From a virus, in the IMG/VR virus record IMGVR_UViG_3300044959_000131, positions 112,946-176,945 of that record: DNA of 64,000 nt; one strand, given 5' to 3'. The position numbers and the translations under genes were made by a program. Positions 55,665 through 64,000 of this stretch are shown in pieces. A model generated the notes under the pieces. The model saw nothing but the letters and a program-made list of their open reading frames with translations. It was not told the origin of the DNA and made no database searches. Positions within the stretch are counted from its first letter, which is position 1, and every line of letters begins with the position of its first letter.

Positions 55665-55723
55665 CACCTAAAAAGAGGGCCTACCGTGTGGTTGGAGGCC
55701 CATTTTGGACGGATCTGCTCGAT

Positions 55724-56221
55724 TCAGACCTTCCATGGGACGCCTTTGGAGTGCTTCTGAATGACGTCGTCCCAATATCTTGTGTATTCATTCAACAGTT
55801 TTTCGTCTTTCAGGCCCCCCTGAACGCAGAAAATGTTCTCGCTTGGGTCGAGCGGGAACATTCTTGGCCCATTTTTATCAATACAGACCGGAAGAATGCC
55901 AGGGACCAAGGTTAAACCGTACTTCTTGGCCACCTCTTTGACCGTGTTGAGGTCGCCAATTGGGATTGCGAGAATCACCCAGAGCATAACTCTCCTGGGG
56001 AATTCGCTCACCATGAGCTCGAACAGGGCATTTCGCTCCGTATCTGGCTCGTACATCGTGTACTCGACCTCGGTCGCGAATGGGTGAAACCCAGGCCTGT
56101 CGATCTCGGAGAGGATGAACGCCTGATGGGGGTTCTTCTTCGGCATCGACCGAAGCTCATCCTCTGAGATATGGTCATGAGTGGTGCAACTTTCGTGGTT
56201 GGACCGCGCTCTCGATGTCAT
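55724..56221 (-). CDS. Hypothetical protein
   Basis: SD GGAGG; promoter-like motif at 56269. Confidence 0.6.
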   Translation of the reverse strand: MTSRARSNHESCTTHDHISEDELRSMPKKNPHQAFILSEIDRPGFHPFATEVEYTMYEPDTERNALFELMVSEFPRRVMLWVILAIPIGDLNTVKEVAKKYGLTLVPGILPVCIDKNGPRMFPLDPSENIFCVQGGLKDEKLLNEYTRYWDDVIQKHSKGVPWKV

Positions 56222-56329
56222 CTGTACCTCCTACCCATGATGGGCAAACGATGTTTGACTACTACCTTCTTATCACCTCAAGCAAATAGGACTTTCCACC
56301 TCCTCAAAGATGTGTTTTGATTACTCTTC

Positions 56330-56860
56330 ATGGACATACTCATGCTTAAAAGCTTTGGTTCGGAGCTCGAAAAGATCGCTGTCTCGGAGAGCTACTTCCT
56401 GGCAAAGGCGATGAATGCAATCAGACGCACTCCATCAGCCAAAGTCCCTGCGAAATTTGCATTGGCAATCATGACTGCATCTCGCAAGGGCTTCAAAAAC
56501 GCAAAACAGAGTCTTCTAATGAACTTCACAAAGTGGAAGCAAGGCAAGCCGCTTCCAACATACGATGTTGTGTACAAGAAAAGTATCCCACACACTGCGT
56601 CTAAATCAGTAGCTCACAAAGCTGCTCCACCGCCCAAAGCTGCTCCACCGCCCAAAGCTGTTGCCTCGCACGATTCTGCCTCTTCACAAGTCAGTCATCA
56701 TACCTCCCCAGCAAGTAATGTGTCCACGGATACCGGCAACAAGAAGATGTCACCGATGACAAAGGCACTGATTGCTACAGGAGTTCTAGGACTGCCTGCC
56801 GTAGCCTACGGTGTCCATCGATACAATGAGAGGGTTCGAAAGAAGATGCTTGAGGATTAA
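56330..56860 (+). CDS. Basic putative internal head protein (FGSELEKIA motif, C-terminal hydrophobic segment)
   Basis: Isolated plus-strand gene; 18-nt tandem repeat encoding KAAPPP twice. Confidence 0.6.
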   Translation: MDILMLKSFGSELEKIAVSESYFLAKAMNAIRRTPSAKVPAKFALAIMTASRKGFKNAKQSLLMNFTKWKQGKPLPTYDVVYKKSIPHTASKSVAHKAAPPPKAAPPPKAVASHDSASSQVSHHTSPASNVSTDTGNKKMSPMTKALIATGVLGLPAVAYGVHRYNERVRKKMLED

Positions 56861-56955
56861 GGCTCTAAGTCTATGACTTACAATTTGGTATGAACTTGGA
56901 AACCGTGTGTATGTTCTTGGCCAGATTCTTTAGATGCTGCACAACAGCTTTTCTA

Positions 56956-57459
56956 TTATTTTTGGCGGTTTTTTCGAGAAGTCGAGCATTGCATCTTCCT
57001 CAATTTTAGGACCTTCCGAGAGCCTGCGTATGCCTTCGGATCGTACTTCTTGAACCGTCTCATAAGCTCCTTGTTGAGTCGGATCCAGGTCTCTGGACTG
57101 ATGAGAAGCTCGATGTCCCTATCCGAGCTCATGTAACGGCGTTGGACACCGATCCAAAGTCCTGGCGTCTCCCAAACGCCATCTTTGGAGAAGACAGGGC
57201 CAACTCTAAAGTCGAGCTTTGTACCCGAACCATCGACGAGTTGAATTTCTGCACACCTTAGGCCCTCTGGAAATGAGTCTCCCCAAGGGCCTTTCAGGTT
57301 ATCTGGTAATTCATCATATATCTTTCTGTACTTCGGCTCGTACTTCTTCCAGGACTCGAGTTCCAGAATCTTGAGTTCCTCGGCTTTCTTTCTTGCCTCC
57401 TCCCATTTCTTCTGATTGAGACTAACTTTGGACATCTCCTTTTTGAGATCCCTTGTCAT
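56956..57459 (-). CDS. Hypothetical protein
   Basis: SD GGAG; member of a co-oriented block. Confidence 0.6.
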   Translation of the reverse strand: MTRDLKKEMSKVSLNQKKWEEARKKAEELKILELESWKKYEPKYRKIYDELPDNLKGPWGDSFPEGLRCAEIQLVDGSGTKLDFRVGPVFSKDGVWETPGLWIGVQRRYMSSDRDIELLISPETWIRLNKELMRRFKKYDPKAYAGSRKVLKLRKMQCSTSRKNRQK

Positions 57460-57847
57460 GATTATTCTCCGGATTGGCTTCTTTCATTGACAGTTCGTAG
57501 GACGCACTGGCCTGCTTGATAGCGTCTTCAATGGCTGCTAGTGCTCCACGAACCTTCTCCCAATCAGCCCGAGTAAGCATCCGCACTGATCCAAAGCACG
57601 GGTAGCCGTTGACCGACATCCTATTGATGCTATTCGCCATTTCCTCGTAGAAGACGACGACATCGTCGTCCTTCATCTTCTGGATTGTCTTTTCGTCGAT
57701 GATTGCCAGCGGCAAGAAGATTTCTTTCAGACTTCTCATCTCACTTTCGCGGATGTAGGTCGAGAGGAAGTACTTGTTTGCGAGTATCCCCTGGGCAAGC
57801 GTCACGACTTCGCTGTCCGGTAGATACCGTACGACCTTCTTCTCCAT
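57422..57847 (-). CDS. Hypothetical protein
   Basis: SD GGAGAG; GYPCF motif. Confidence 0.6.
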   Translation of the reverse strand: MEKKVVRYLPDSEVVTLAQGILANKYFLSTYIRESEMRSLKEIFLPLAIIDEKTIQKMKDDDVVVFYEEMANSINRMSVNGYPCFGSVRMLTRADWEKVRGALAAIEDAIKQASASYELSMKEANPENNHDKGSQKGDVQS

Positions 57848-57868
57848 CTTTGTCTCTCCATTCGAAAA

Positions 57869-58555
57869 TCAGATGTCCATTGAACGACGGATGGGCCGCC
57901 AGTAGACCTGCATCAGCCGCTTTTCTTCCTCCCTCTGCTCTCGTTCCTTTCGGCGCTGCTCTTCGAGAGCCTTCCTAGCCGCCATCTTTTGAGCCCTCTC
58001 CTCTTCCCTTCTTTTCTTCTTTTCGAGCTCTAGTTCCTTCTTGAGGGCCTTGGCTTTGGCGGCTTCCTCTTTCTTCTTCTTGAGAAGTTCTCGCCGTCTA
58101 CGCTTTTTCTCGGCTCTTTCTTGGGCTTTGTACTTTTCTCTGAGCCTCCTCTCCATCTCCAGCATCTTTTGTCGCTTCTTGCGCTCCCTCTCGATGAATT
58201 TCGGATCCTTGCGCTTTCTATCCTCCTCCTCTTTTCTGAGTCGCCAGTTGTAGAGGTTCGCCAGACGGTAGATTGTGTCTACACCACCCTTCAGAAGCTC
58301 CAGCATCGAATCATCCGCGTCTTTGAGTTTGAGCTTCTGAAGGATCGTATGCAGTTCAGTCTGAGGTCGTTCCTCCCTCCGAGACTCCAGCAATGGGATG
58401 CCTGGGTCGACGTTCCTCTCTAATTCTCGTAGCCCCTCTACCAATATCCTGTGCGGTCCAGTTACAGAGGGATAGATGACGATTCTATGAACAGGGTCGT
58501 CTCGTCTGACCCTCCAACGTCCATAGGGTCTTTTCTTACGTGATTGTCCTGTCAT
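57869..58555 (-). CDS. K/E/R-rich coiled-coil protein
   Basis: Long charged helical C-terminus. Confidence 0.55.
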   Translation of the reverse strand: MTGQSRKKRPYGRWRVRRDDPVHRIVIYPSVTGPHRILVEGLRELERNVDPGIPLLESRREERPQTELHTILQKLKLKDADDSMLELLKGGVDTIYRLANLYNWRLRKEEEDRKRKDPKFIERERKKRQKMLEMERRLREKYKAQERAEKKRRRRELLKKKKEEAAKAKALKKELELEKKKRREEERAQKMAARKALEEQRRKEREQREEEKRLMQVYWRPIRRSMDI

Positions 58556-58916
58556 TTGGTGCTAGTCCTGGAAGTGTGTCTCCGTCCAGCCTCCTGTAGA
58601 TGTGGAAGCAGTTCGGATGAGCGTTCACGTACTCACCCGGAATGTCCTCTCTTGGAAGAATTTGAATGGCCAATTTGTCCTTGCCCATGAAGAGCGTCTT
58701 CACCGATCTGATGTCGTCCCAGCTCGGCAGTTTGTTCTGGAACGAGAGGCTTACGTGATGCCAGATGGATTTGTCGGGATACGTCTCGACGCTCACCATC
58801 ACCTTTAACCCACTCCTGTGTGAGAAGCTGGCAATTTCGTGACCGTTGAAAAACATCGACTGGTTCTTCGTCCATCCAATCGGCAACACGCGCGGAAGAA
58901 CATCATTGAGTGTCAT
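58536..58916 (-). CDS. DUF7694-like phage protein
   Basis: WHHVSLS..KLPSWDDI..VK..F...AIQILP...EYVNAHPNCFHI. Confidence 0.55.
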   Translation of the reverse strand: MTLNDVLPRVLPIGWTKNQSMFFNGHEIASFSHRSGLKVMVSVETYPDKSIWHHVSLSFQNKLPSWDDIRSVKTLFMGKDKLAIQILPREDIPGEYVNAHPNCFHIYRRLDGDTLPGLAPNDRTIT

Positions 58917-59004
58917 GTCAACCTGTTTGGGAGAGAAAAACAGAAAAGCCAAGAGTTCAACGACTGAACCCTTGGCTTTTCTGTGTGGTAGATGTGCGGC
59001 CAGT

Positions 59005-59256
59005 CTAGAGAGGTCCGCCAGGAGTCTCACGACCTTCACCAACTCGATTCGCCGAGCTGATGGGGTTGTATGTCGCGTCGTTCGGAGTAAGACTCTGGAA
59101 CTGCGAAGCCGGTACGTTGTCCTTCGGGCTCACGAACTCTTTGCCCTTTCGAAGGTGCTTTGGGCCGAAGAGCTTCTTGTACTGCTTCGGAGTGAAAGCA
59201 GTGCTTCCAATCTTTGTCAGCTCATCCAGAAAAGCCCTGATTGTTTCAGGCTTCAT
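59005..59256 (-). CDS. Small basic protein with AFLDELTKI motif
   Basis: N-terminal motif shared with putative internal head proteins. Confidence 0.5.
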   Translation of the reverse strand: MKPETIRAFLDELTKIGSTAFTPKQYKKLFGPKHLRKGKEFVSPKDNVPASQFQSLTPNDATYNPISSANRVGEGRETPGGPL

Positions 59257-59272
59257 ACAGCTCCAGAGTACC

Positions 59273-59833
59273 TCAATTAACGAACCCTTTGTTCTTGTCT
59301 TCTTCTTTTGGCGGCTTCACCGATAGTACACGACTGTTTGTAATCCCATCGGCCATGCCGACGAGAGTGTCGGTTGTCGAACTCAGTATTTCGTGGGCTT
59401 TTTCCCTTGCCTCCCACGGCTTCAGATCGCTGGCCGCCAGGTTGAGAAGGGATGAGATGGTGTCCGCAACGATGCTCAAGCTTGCATCTGTGAGAGCGAA
59501 CACCACTTCCTTTTCGAGCCTCGCTTTGATGGCGCTCCAGACAACGATATTTTGCGCCCGTAGGAATGCCATAAGACAGTCTCTCCCGCAGGCCCCTTTT
59601 GGGTACCTGAGGCTAGCATCAGACTCCTTTATGGCTTCGATGAGAGCCTCCAGCTGTTTCTCATCCAACTCTCCACGTTCTGCCTTCGACAGAAGTTCGT
59701 TGAACTTCTTAACCGACTCCTCGATGATAGGCTTACGATTTTCCGGCGATTCGAAGAGGCATAACGTCTCAAGGTACTTGTCGTGAGTTTCTTTGAACTC
59801 ATCGATGAGTTCCAAACGACGGCTCTTGCTCAT
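59273..59833 (-). CDS. Helical hypothetical protein
   Basis: SD GGAGG. Confidence 0.6.
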   Translation of the reverse strand: MSKSRRLELIDEFKETHDKYLETLCLFESPENRKPIIEESVKKFNELLSKAERGELDEKQLEALIEAIKESDASLRYPKGACGRDCLMAFLRAQNIVVWSAIKARLEKEVVFALTDASLSIVADTISSLLNLAASDLKPWEAREKAHEILSSTTDTLVGMADGITNSRVLSVKPPKEEDKNKGFVN

Positions 59834-59954
59834 TCAGTCCTCCGCTCATCAGAACACAGTATACACGAAAATGGTTTGGTAGAAAGAATCTGTCGTGGTT
59901 GAGTGGGATCGTGGCCCACCAACGATAGCCGAGTCCATGAGACTACCGGGCCTA

Positions 59955-60707
59955 TTACGAGGCCCTATCTTCTCTGATGAGACCGAAGAATCGTCCTGTC
60001 AGAAATTGCCCACTATTTCCGTTGTCTTCGAGCACTTTCTTTTTGCCCCATCCAATGATGTCGCCCTTGCCACGTTCGGTTCTGGTGAAGTGCTCTCGGA
60101 TGAAGCGGCTGTAGTTCAGCTTCGTTTCCATGGCACACATCAGTACTTCCTCGGCATCGACGTCGTTCGACAGGTCTGTCGGTATGTCAGATTTGTTATT
60201 CGTTCCTTCCTTGACCCAAGCCTCGCAGACCTGCACGTAGGCGATGGCGTCCGTCTTCTTACAAAGTACTTTCACGAAGGACGCGATGATGTCCTTGGCG
60301 CTCATGCCGGTCACTCTTTTGAACGCTTCGACGATGGCCTCATCGATGCGGAAGTCGTCAAGGCCGAGTGACTTGACCGACTTCCGCACGACGTTCATGT
60401 CATGTTCAATGGCCGTTGGGTCATTGAACATGTACTTGATCATGTGCTGAAGCGTCTTCGCGTCGTTCCAGTCCGAAGAAATCACCAATATGATGAATTC
60501 ACCCGGAGCCTCGTCCATCTTTTCTGGACGCTTCATTGTGGATATATCAAGCACATTCCCCCGCAACCATGGATCGAGCTCCATCTTCCTCGTGAGAACG
60601 AAAAACGTGGGAAGCAAGAACTTGTGTTGAGTGAGGATTTGCTTCCCGAGCTCCATTATCCTGTCCTGAAAGTTTTTCAAATCCTCTACTGTCCATTCGG
60701 TCGCCAT
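59955..60707 (-). CDS. Hypothetical protein
   Basis: 250 aa ORF bounded by a terminator upstream. Confidence 0.6.
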   Translation of the reverse strand: MATEWTVEDLKNFQDRIMELGKQILTQHKFLLPTFFVLTRKMELDPWLRGNVLDISTMKRPEKMDEAPGEFIILVISSDWNDAKTLQHMIKYMFNDPTAIEHDMNVVRKSVKSLGLDDFRIDEAIVEAFKRVTGMSAKDIIASFVKVLCKKTDAIAYVQVCEAWVKEGTNNKSDIPTDLSNDVDAEEVLMCAMETKLNYSRFIREHFTRTERGKGDIIGWGKKKVLEDNGNSGQFLTGRFFGLIREDRAS

Positions 60708-60731
60708 GATTCACCGTTTCTGTAGGCTATA

Positions 60732-60763
60732 AAAGACGCGCCTCACGAATGAGGCGCGTCTTT
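60732..60763. terminator. Intrinsic terminator
   Basis: AAAGACGCGCCTCA-cgaa-TGAGGCGCGTCTTT. Confidence 0.85.
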
Positions 60764-60803
60764 CGTGTCTGTATCCTTATACCTCTGACAATGTATCTTT
60801 CTT

Positions 60804-61100
60804 CTACTTGCTACCAGCAGCCAGAACGGACTCAGTTGATCTGTACGTGGCTACATTCTGGTAGCCATTGCTTTGGATCTTCGTGTCTTGGAGCGTTTGA
60901 TTGAGATTCCTTCTCACGTCCGACAGAGTTTGTAGGCACTCGACCGAAGTAGAATTCGTACGTTCGACCATCTCAAGCGACTTTTTGGCCACTTGAGAGA
61001 GCTCATCCACCTCTTTTCTGAGGTGCACGCACTCCGTGGTTAGGGCCGCTATGAGCGCGCCGAGGAGCAAATACCATATTCGGAGTATCAGGCTCTTCAT
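60804..61100 (-). CDS. Membrane-anchored coiled-coil protein
   Basis: N-terminal TM from MKSL at 61100; start uncertain because it overlaps 61003-61371. Confidence 0.45.
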   Translation of the reverse strand: MKSLILRIWYLLLGALIAALTTECVHLRKEVDELSQVAKKSLEMVERTNSTSVECLQTLSDVRRNLNQTLQDTKIQSNGYQNVATYRSTESVLAAGSK

Positions 61101-61371
61101 CGTAGACAACCACCTTGTAAACCCGTTCGACGTATTCGGCGCAGTCATTCCATCCCTCTCTGTATCGTTCGGCTTCTTGCTTCTGCAATGCCCTCCACTC
61201 TTCTCCCTTGTGAGCAGGGTCCTCTCGAATGCGTTGAAGAACAGCGTTGGCATCTGTCCTACCGCGATAGACGTGGCGGTTTTGTGTTACCCATTCCTGA
61301 GTGATTGGGTTCTTTTTCTGCAGGACAAATAGGACCTGCTCCAGGTCCAGAATTTGATCTCCTTTCGCCAT
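61003..61371 (-). CDS. Hypothetical protein
   Basis: SD AAGGAG. Confidence 0.5.
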   Translation of the reverse strand: MAKGDQILDLEQVLFVLQKKNPITQEWVTQNRHVYRGRTDANAVLQRIREDPAHKGEEWRALQKQEAERYREGWNDCAEYVERVYKVVVYDEEPDTPNMVFAPRRAHSGPNHGVRAPQKRGG

Positions 61372-61490
61372 CTTGCATTTCTCCTTGCATAAAGTCTAAA
61401 AAGAGGTATAGTAACGACCGACTATGTAGTTCCCCGACCTTGGTGAGCCCTCTTCTTGGGTGATGAAGGTCGGGGAACTACAGGGTCACC

Positions 61491-61856
61491 TCACTTTCCC
61501 TTACGTTTACTGACGAATTTGTCCTGCTCTTCCTCCACCTTGTTCTTTGGGAAGAACAGTTTCGTCGATCTAGCCGTCACGAATGCCCCACCACCCTCGA
61601 ACTCTCCTCTCGGATCGTCTTCGAAACAGGCCCAAGTGATTGAGAAACTGTCTTCCGGCCTGAATTTCTTCAGGAACTCTCTGGCGAACTCGACAACCTT
61701 TAGCGGGTTGCCGAACTTCGAGTGTATCCACAGCCGATCACCATTGAGTTCCCACAAAAACTCTGAAGCATCGACCGTGCTAAGACGTGTTTTTACCCAC
61801 TCTTTTTCACTTTGGGTGAGACAATCTATGGTCTCACTGAACTGTATGTAGCCCAC
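61491..61856 (-). CDS. Hypothetical protein
   Basis: GTG start with SD GGAGGAG; GGTATAAG at 61910. Confidence 0.55.
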   Translation of the reverse strand: MGYIQFSETIDCLTQSEKEWVKTRLSTVDASEFLWELNGDRLWIHSKFGNPLKVVEFAREFLKKFRPEDSFSITWACFEDDPRGEFEGGGAFVTARSTKLFFPKNKVEEEQDKFVSKRKGK

Positions 61857-61950
61857 TGCTCCTCCAAAAATCGTAAATCGTGAGGTTACGAGTCTTGCGA
61901 CTCAAAACCCTTATACCTAAGTACACGAATAACTTGACACCTCTCATTTC

Positions 61951-62319
61951 GTGTGCTCATCTAATTTTTTCGTGAGAGACGTACCATACGTCAGTGAAGA
62001 AGCAGCAGGGTTTGCCAGGGAGATAGAGAGGCGTTTTCAGTCTCTACCTGCCATGGCAGGAGTTGTTTTCGTCGGTGTCGATGCTATAGCAGCACCTGGA
62101 GGTAAAAACGTCGGATTTCGCGTTCGTCTTGGTATCTCCAAGAGGCTGACAGAAGACGTGGGGTGGGCGCTCATCCAGCAGGTCTTGAAAGATGAGATTG
62201 CCGCCAAAGTCATCGACATTCAGGCTAGCGTCTTCACAGGGTTTGCTGGAGAGTGCCGTGACAAAGGTTTTGAAGACGCTGATTCGGATAAGAAGAAATC
62301 AGCGTATTACCGCATCTGA
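61951..62319 (+). CDS. Hypothetical protein (start uncertain)
   Basis: First gene of the resumed plus-strand block. Confidence 0.45.
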   Translation: MCSSNFFVRDVPYVSEEAAGFAREIERRFQSLPAMAGVVFVGVDAIAAPGGKNVGFRVRLGISKRLTEDVGWALIQQVLKDEIAAKVIDIQASVFTGFAGECRDKGFEDADSDKKKSAYYRI

Positions 62320-62473
62320 ACTGGCTCGAAGAATGGGAGTTTCGAGGCAGCAGATTTACAACATTGAGAGCGGTAGGCAGGGACACCCCTCCATCAAAAC
62401 ACTTGAGAAATATGCCAAGGCCATAGGGGCCAAGATCGTCGTGGTGGATGACGAACATGGACGAGAACGATAG
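62258..62473 (+). CDS. XRE-family helix-turn-helix protein
   Basis: RITASELARRMGVSRQQIYNIESGRQGHPSIKTLEKYAKAIG; GTG start with SD GGAGAG. Confidence 0.8.
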   Translation: MTKVLKTLIRIRRNQRITASELARRMGVSRQQIYNIESGRQGHPSIKTLEKYAKAIGAKIVVVDDEHGRER

Positions 62474-62792
62474 GAACCCACTCTTCATACCGACTTCAAA
62501 AGAGCCGGTTCGGATGAGGGGATGCCCGAAATGCAAGGCTGAGAATTACACTGGTCGTAACGTTCAAGGAATGGTTACTTGGAGATGCTTGACGTGCGGA
62601 AACGTTTGGCACGGAGGTCTTCCTCAGGAGCCGCAGGAACCGAACGTCCCAGTTCCTCCAACAGACCCAAGAAACCAGCCCGTCATACAATTCTTCAGGG
62701 GCCCGCATGGTGAGGTGAGGGAACTAATACGACCTGTCAACCTGACACAGGAGTTTCGTAAAGGACTTCCAATTCCAGAAGGAGAAGAATGA
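62448..62792 (+). CDS. Zn-ribbon protein
   Basis: CPKC...CLTC. Confidence 0.6.
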   Translation: MTNMDENDRNPLFIPTSKEPVRMRGCPKCKAENYTGRNVQGMVTWRCLTCGNVWHGGLPQEPQEPNVPVPPTDPRNQPVIQFFRGPHGEVRELIRPVNLTQEFRKGLPIPEGEE

Positions 62793-63665
62793 ATGACCGA
62801 AGGTAAATCTGCGATTGTTTTTGGTGAGGAAAAACTCACTCCAGAGCAGGAGGCCGAGTACAGAAAGAAGATTGAGAACGCCAGGAATCGTGGCGTGAAT
62901 GCGCTTAAAGGAAACGACCCAGTACGTGGTGATAGGTCATCAATGCCTGACTTCAAGAGACTTCAGGCATTAAGAGACCAAAAGAATGCTGTATCTGGGT
63001 TGTCTGATGATGGAGGTGTCCAGCCAAGGCCTGCAGGTTCTCCAATCCTCAGTCCTCAAACTGAGCAGCAGCTAAAGGAACTAAAGGAAATTGCTGAGGC
63101 GCAAAAGAACGAACCGATACCTCCAGAGGAGCCGAAATCAGAGAAAAAAGAGGAGAAGAAGGAAGAAAGTCCTTTCGACCTACTGGACTTCGACGATCTA
63201 CGAGCTTCGGAAGCTGAGAGGTTGCTCAACAACAAGAAGCGGCGTGAAGAGATCGAGGCTCGATGCGCTCCAATGTCGTTCGAGGACCTACTTTACAAGA
63301 ACGAAGTCCAACAGCGAGTTCCAATCATACCTGGTAAGTTCGAACCAACGTTCCGCTCACTTACACCTGAAGAAAGCCTATTCGTAAAGCGATACATCGC
63401 ACGAGAGCAGAACATCTCTGACCAGTACCTGCTCGAGAAGTACAATCTTTGTCTCCTCACTTGCTCGCTGGTTGCCATCAACGACAGGATGCTCCCGGAT
63501 CATCGCAATCAAGCCGGGGAGCCAGACGAGAAGCTGTTCGAGGCAAAGCTCAAAATCATCCTTAAGAAGAGTGGGTACATCGTTGCCGACATGGGCATCA
63601 ATTACGTCTGGTTCGACTTGCGAGTGCGCAAGCTCATTACGGCGGACGGACTAAAAAATGGCTAG
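62793..63665 (+). CDS. Putative tail assembly chaperone (gpG-like)
   Basis: Ends in the slippery heptamer A AAA AAT with an overlapping startless -1 frame ORF. Confidence 0.65.
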   Translation: MTEGKSAIVFGEEKLTPEQEAEYRKKIENARNRGVNALKGNDPVRGDRSSMPDFKRLQALRDQKNAVSGLSDDGGVQPRPAGSPILSPQTEQQLKELKEIAEAQKNEPIPPEEPKSEKKEEKKEESPFDLLDFDDLRASEAERLLNNKKRREEIEARCAPMSFEDLLYKNEVQQRVPIIPGKFEPTFRSLTPEESLFVKRYIAREQNISDQYLLEKYNLCLLTCSLVAINDRMLPDHRNQAGEPDEKLFEAKLKIILKKSGYIVADMGINYVWFDLRVRKLITADGLKNG

Positions 63666-64000
63666 AGTCCGCTGAAGGTTGGGCCAAGGCGAACCTGCTC
63701 TATGAATTCGCGAAAGCGTCAGGTCGCCTTCCTCCAGAGGGCTCTATCAGAGAGGCAATCTTCATCGGTGTTTGGCTCAGACACCAGGAGATTGAAGCGA
63801 ACAAGATTCGAGTTATCGCACAAGGGTTCTCGGACTTGATCGCCGGAACAAGTTCAAAGGCAACGGCCGAGGCCTTCAAGGCAGTATTGGAGGTTATGTT
63901 CCCATTCATTGGAAAGGCCAAAGACGACGGAGACAGGCAACTCATTGAGAAGATGCAACAGGAAGTTAGAAAGGGTCCGCTCTTCTTCAGCCCAGTTGTT
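63653..64000 (+). CDS. -1 frameshift extension (gpGT-like), runs off the window
   Basis: Open -1 frame KKWLESAEGWAKANLLYEF...; no ATG/GTG between the stop at 63563-63565 and the slippery site. Confidence 0.6.

Noticed and set aside
31404-60697. 17-nt exact match ATCCTCTACTGTCCATT at about 31404 and 60681
   Set aside because: A single 17-mer match in 64 kb has roughly a 10% chance expectation; the second copy is antisense within another gene and has no flanking similarity
60804-61371. Spanin pair suggested by overlapping ORFs
   Set aside because: No valid lipobox (TTEC), and no holin or endolysin nearby
61934-61962. Sigma70 promoter TTGACA-17-TCATCT
   Set aside because: The -35 is perfect but the -10 matches only 2 of 6 positions; not supportable without TSS data
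1-64000. CRISPR array, tRNA or rRNA genes
   Set aside because: No regularly spaced identical repeats with unique spacers and no cloverleaf with a T-loop consensus were found by eye; tRNAscan-SE or a CRISPR finder would be the decisive check
1-64000. Stop-codon reassignment
   Set aside because: Long genes are intact in the standard code, and TAG, TGA and TAA all end genes at coupled junctions

Overview
This 64 kb window is part of a large tailed-phage genome with a contractile tail (myovirus), read in the standard genetic code. Bases 1-29.8 kb (+) are a morphogenesis operon: a putative prohead protease carrying three LAGLIDADG inteins, scaffold and internal head proteins rich in K-x-A motifs, the major capsid protein, neck proteins, large repeat-built virion proteins, tail sheath and tail tube. 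After a short interruption that includes a cold-shock protein, 31.5-40.6 kb (+) is a cluster of fibre, decoration and receptor-binding genes. From 40.6 to 61.9 kb lies a mostly minus-strand accessory region built from cassettes that share a GGnATAAG promoter-like motif and hairpin terminators. It contains several ORF-less structured transcription units, which are sRNA candidates, two of them with anti-Shine-Dalgarno loops. It also contains a GC-rich operon encoding a MoxR-type AAA+ ATPase, a DUF2201/vWA protein, an unknown ORF, a complete retron-like msr/msd RNA and a retron-type reverse transcriptase with an extra C-terminal domain. This operon is the strongest candidate for an undescribed system. 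The window ends in a tail assembly chaperone with a -1 frameshift signal, 33 kb from the tail tube gene. All family assignments come from motif recognition by eye; no database searches were run.
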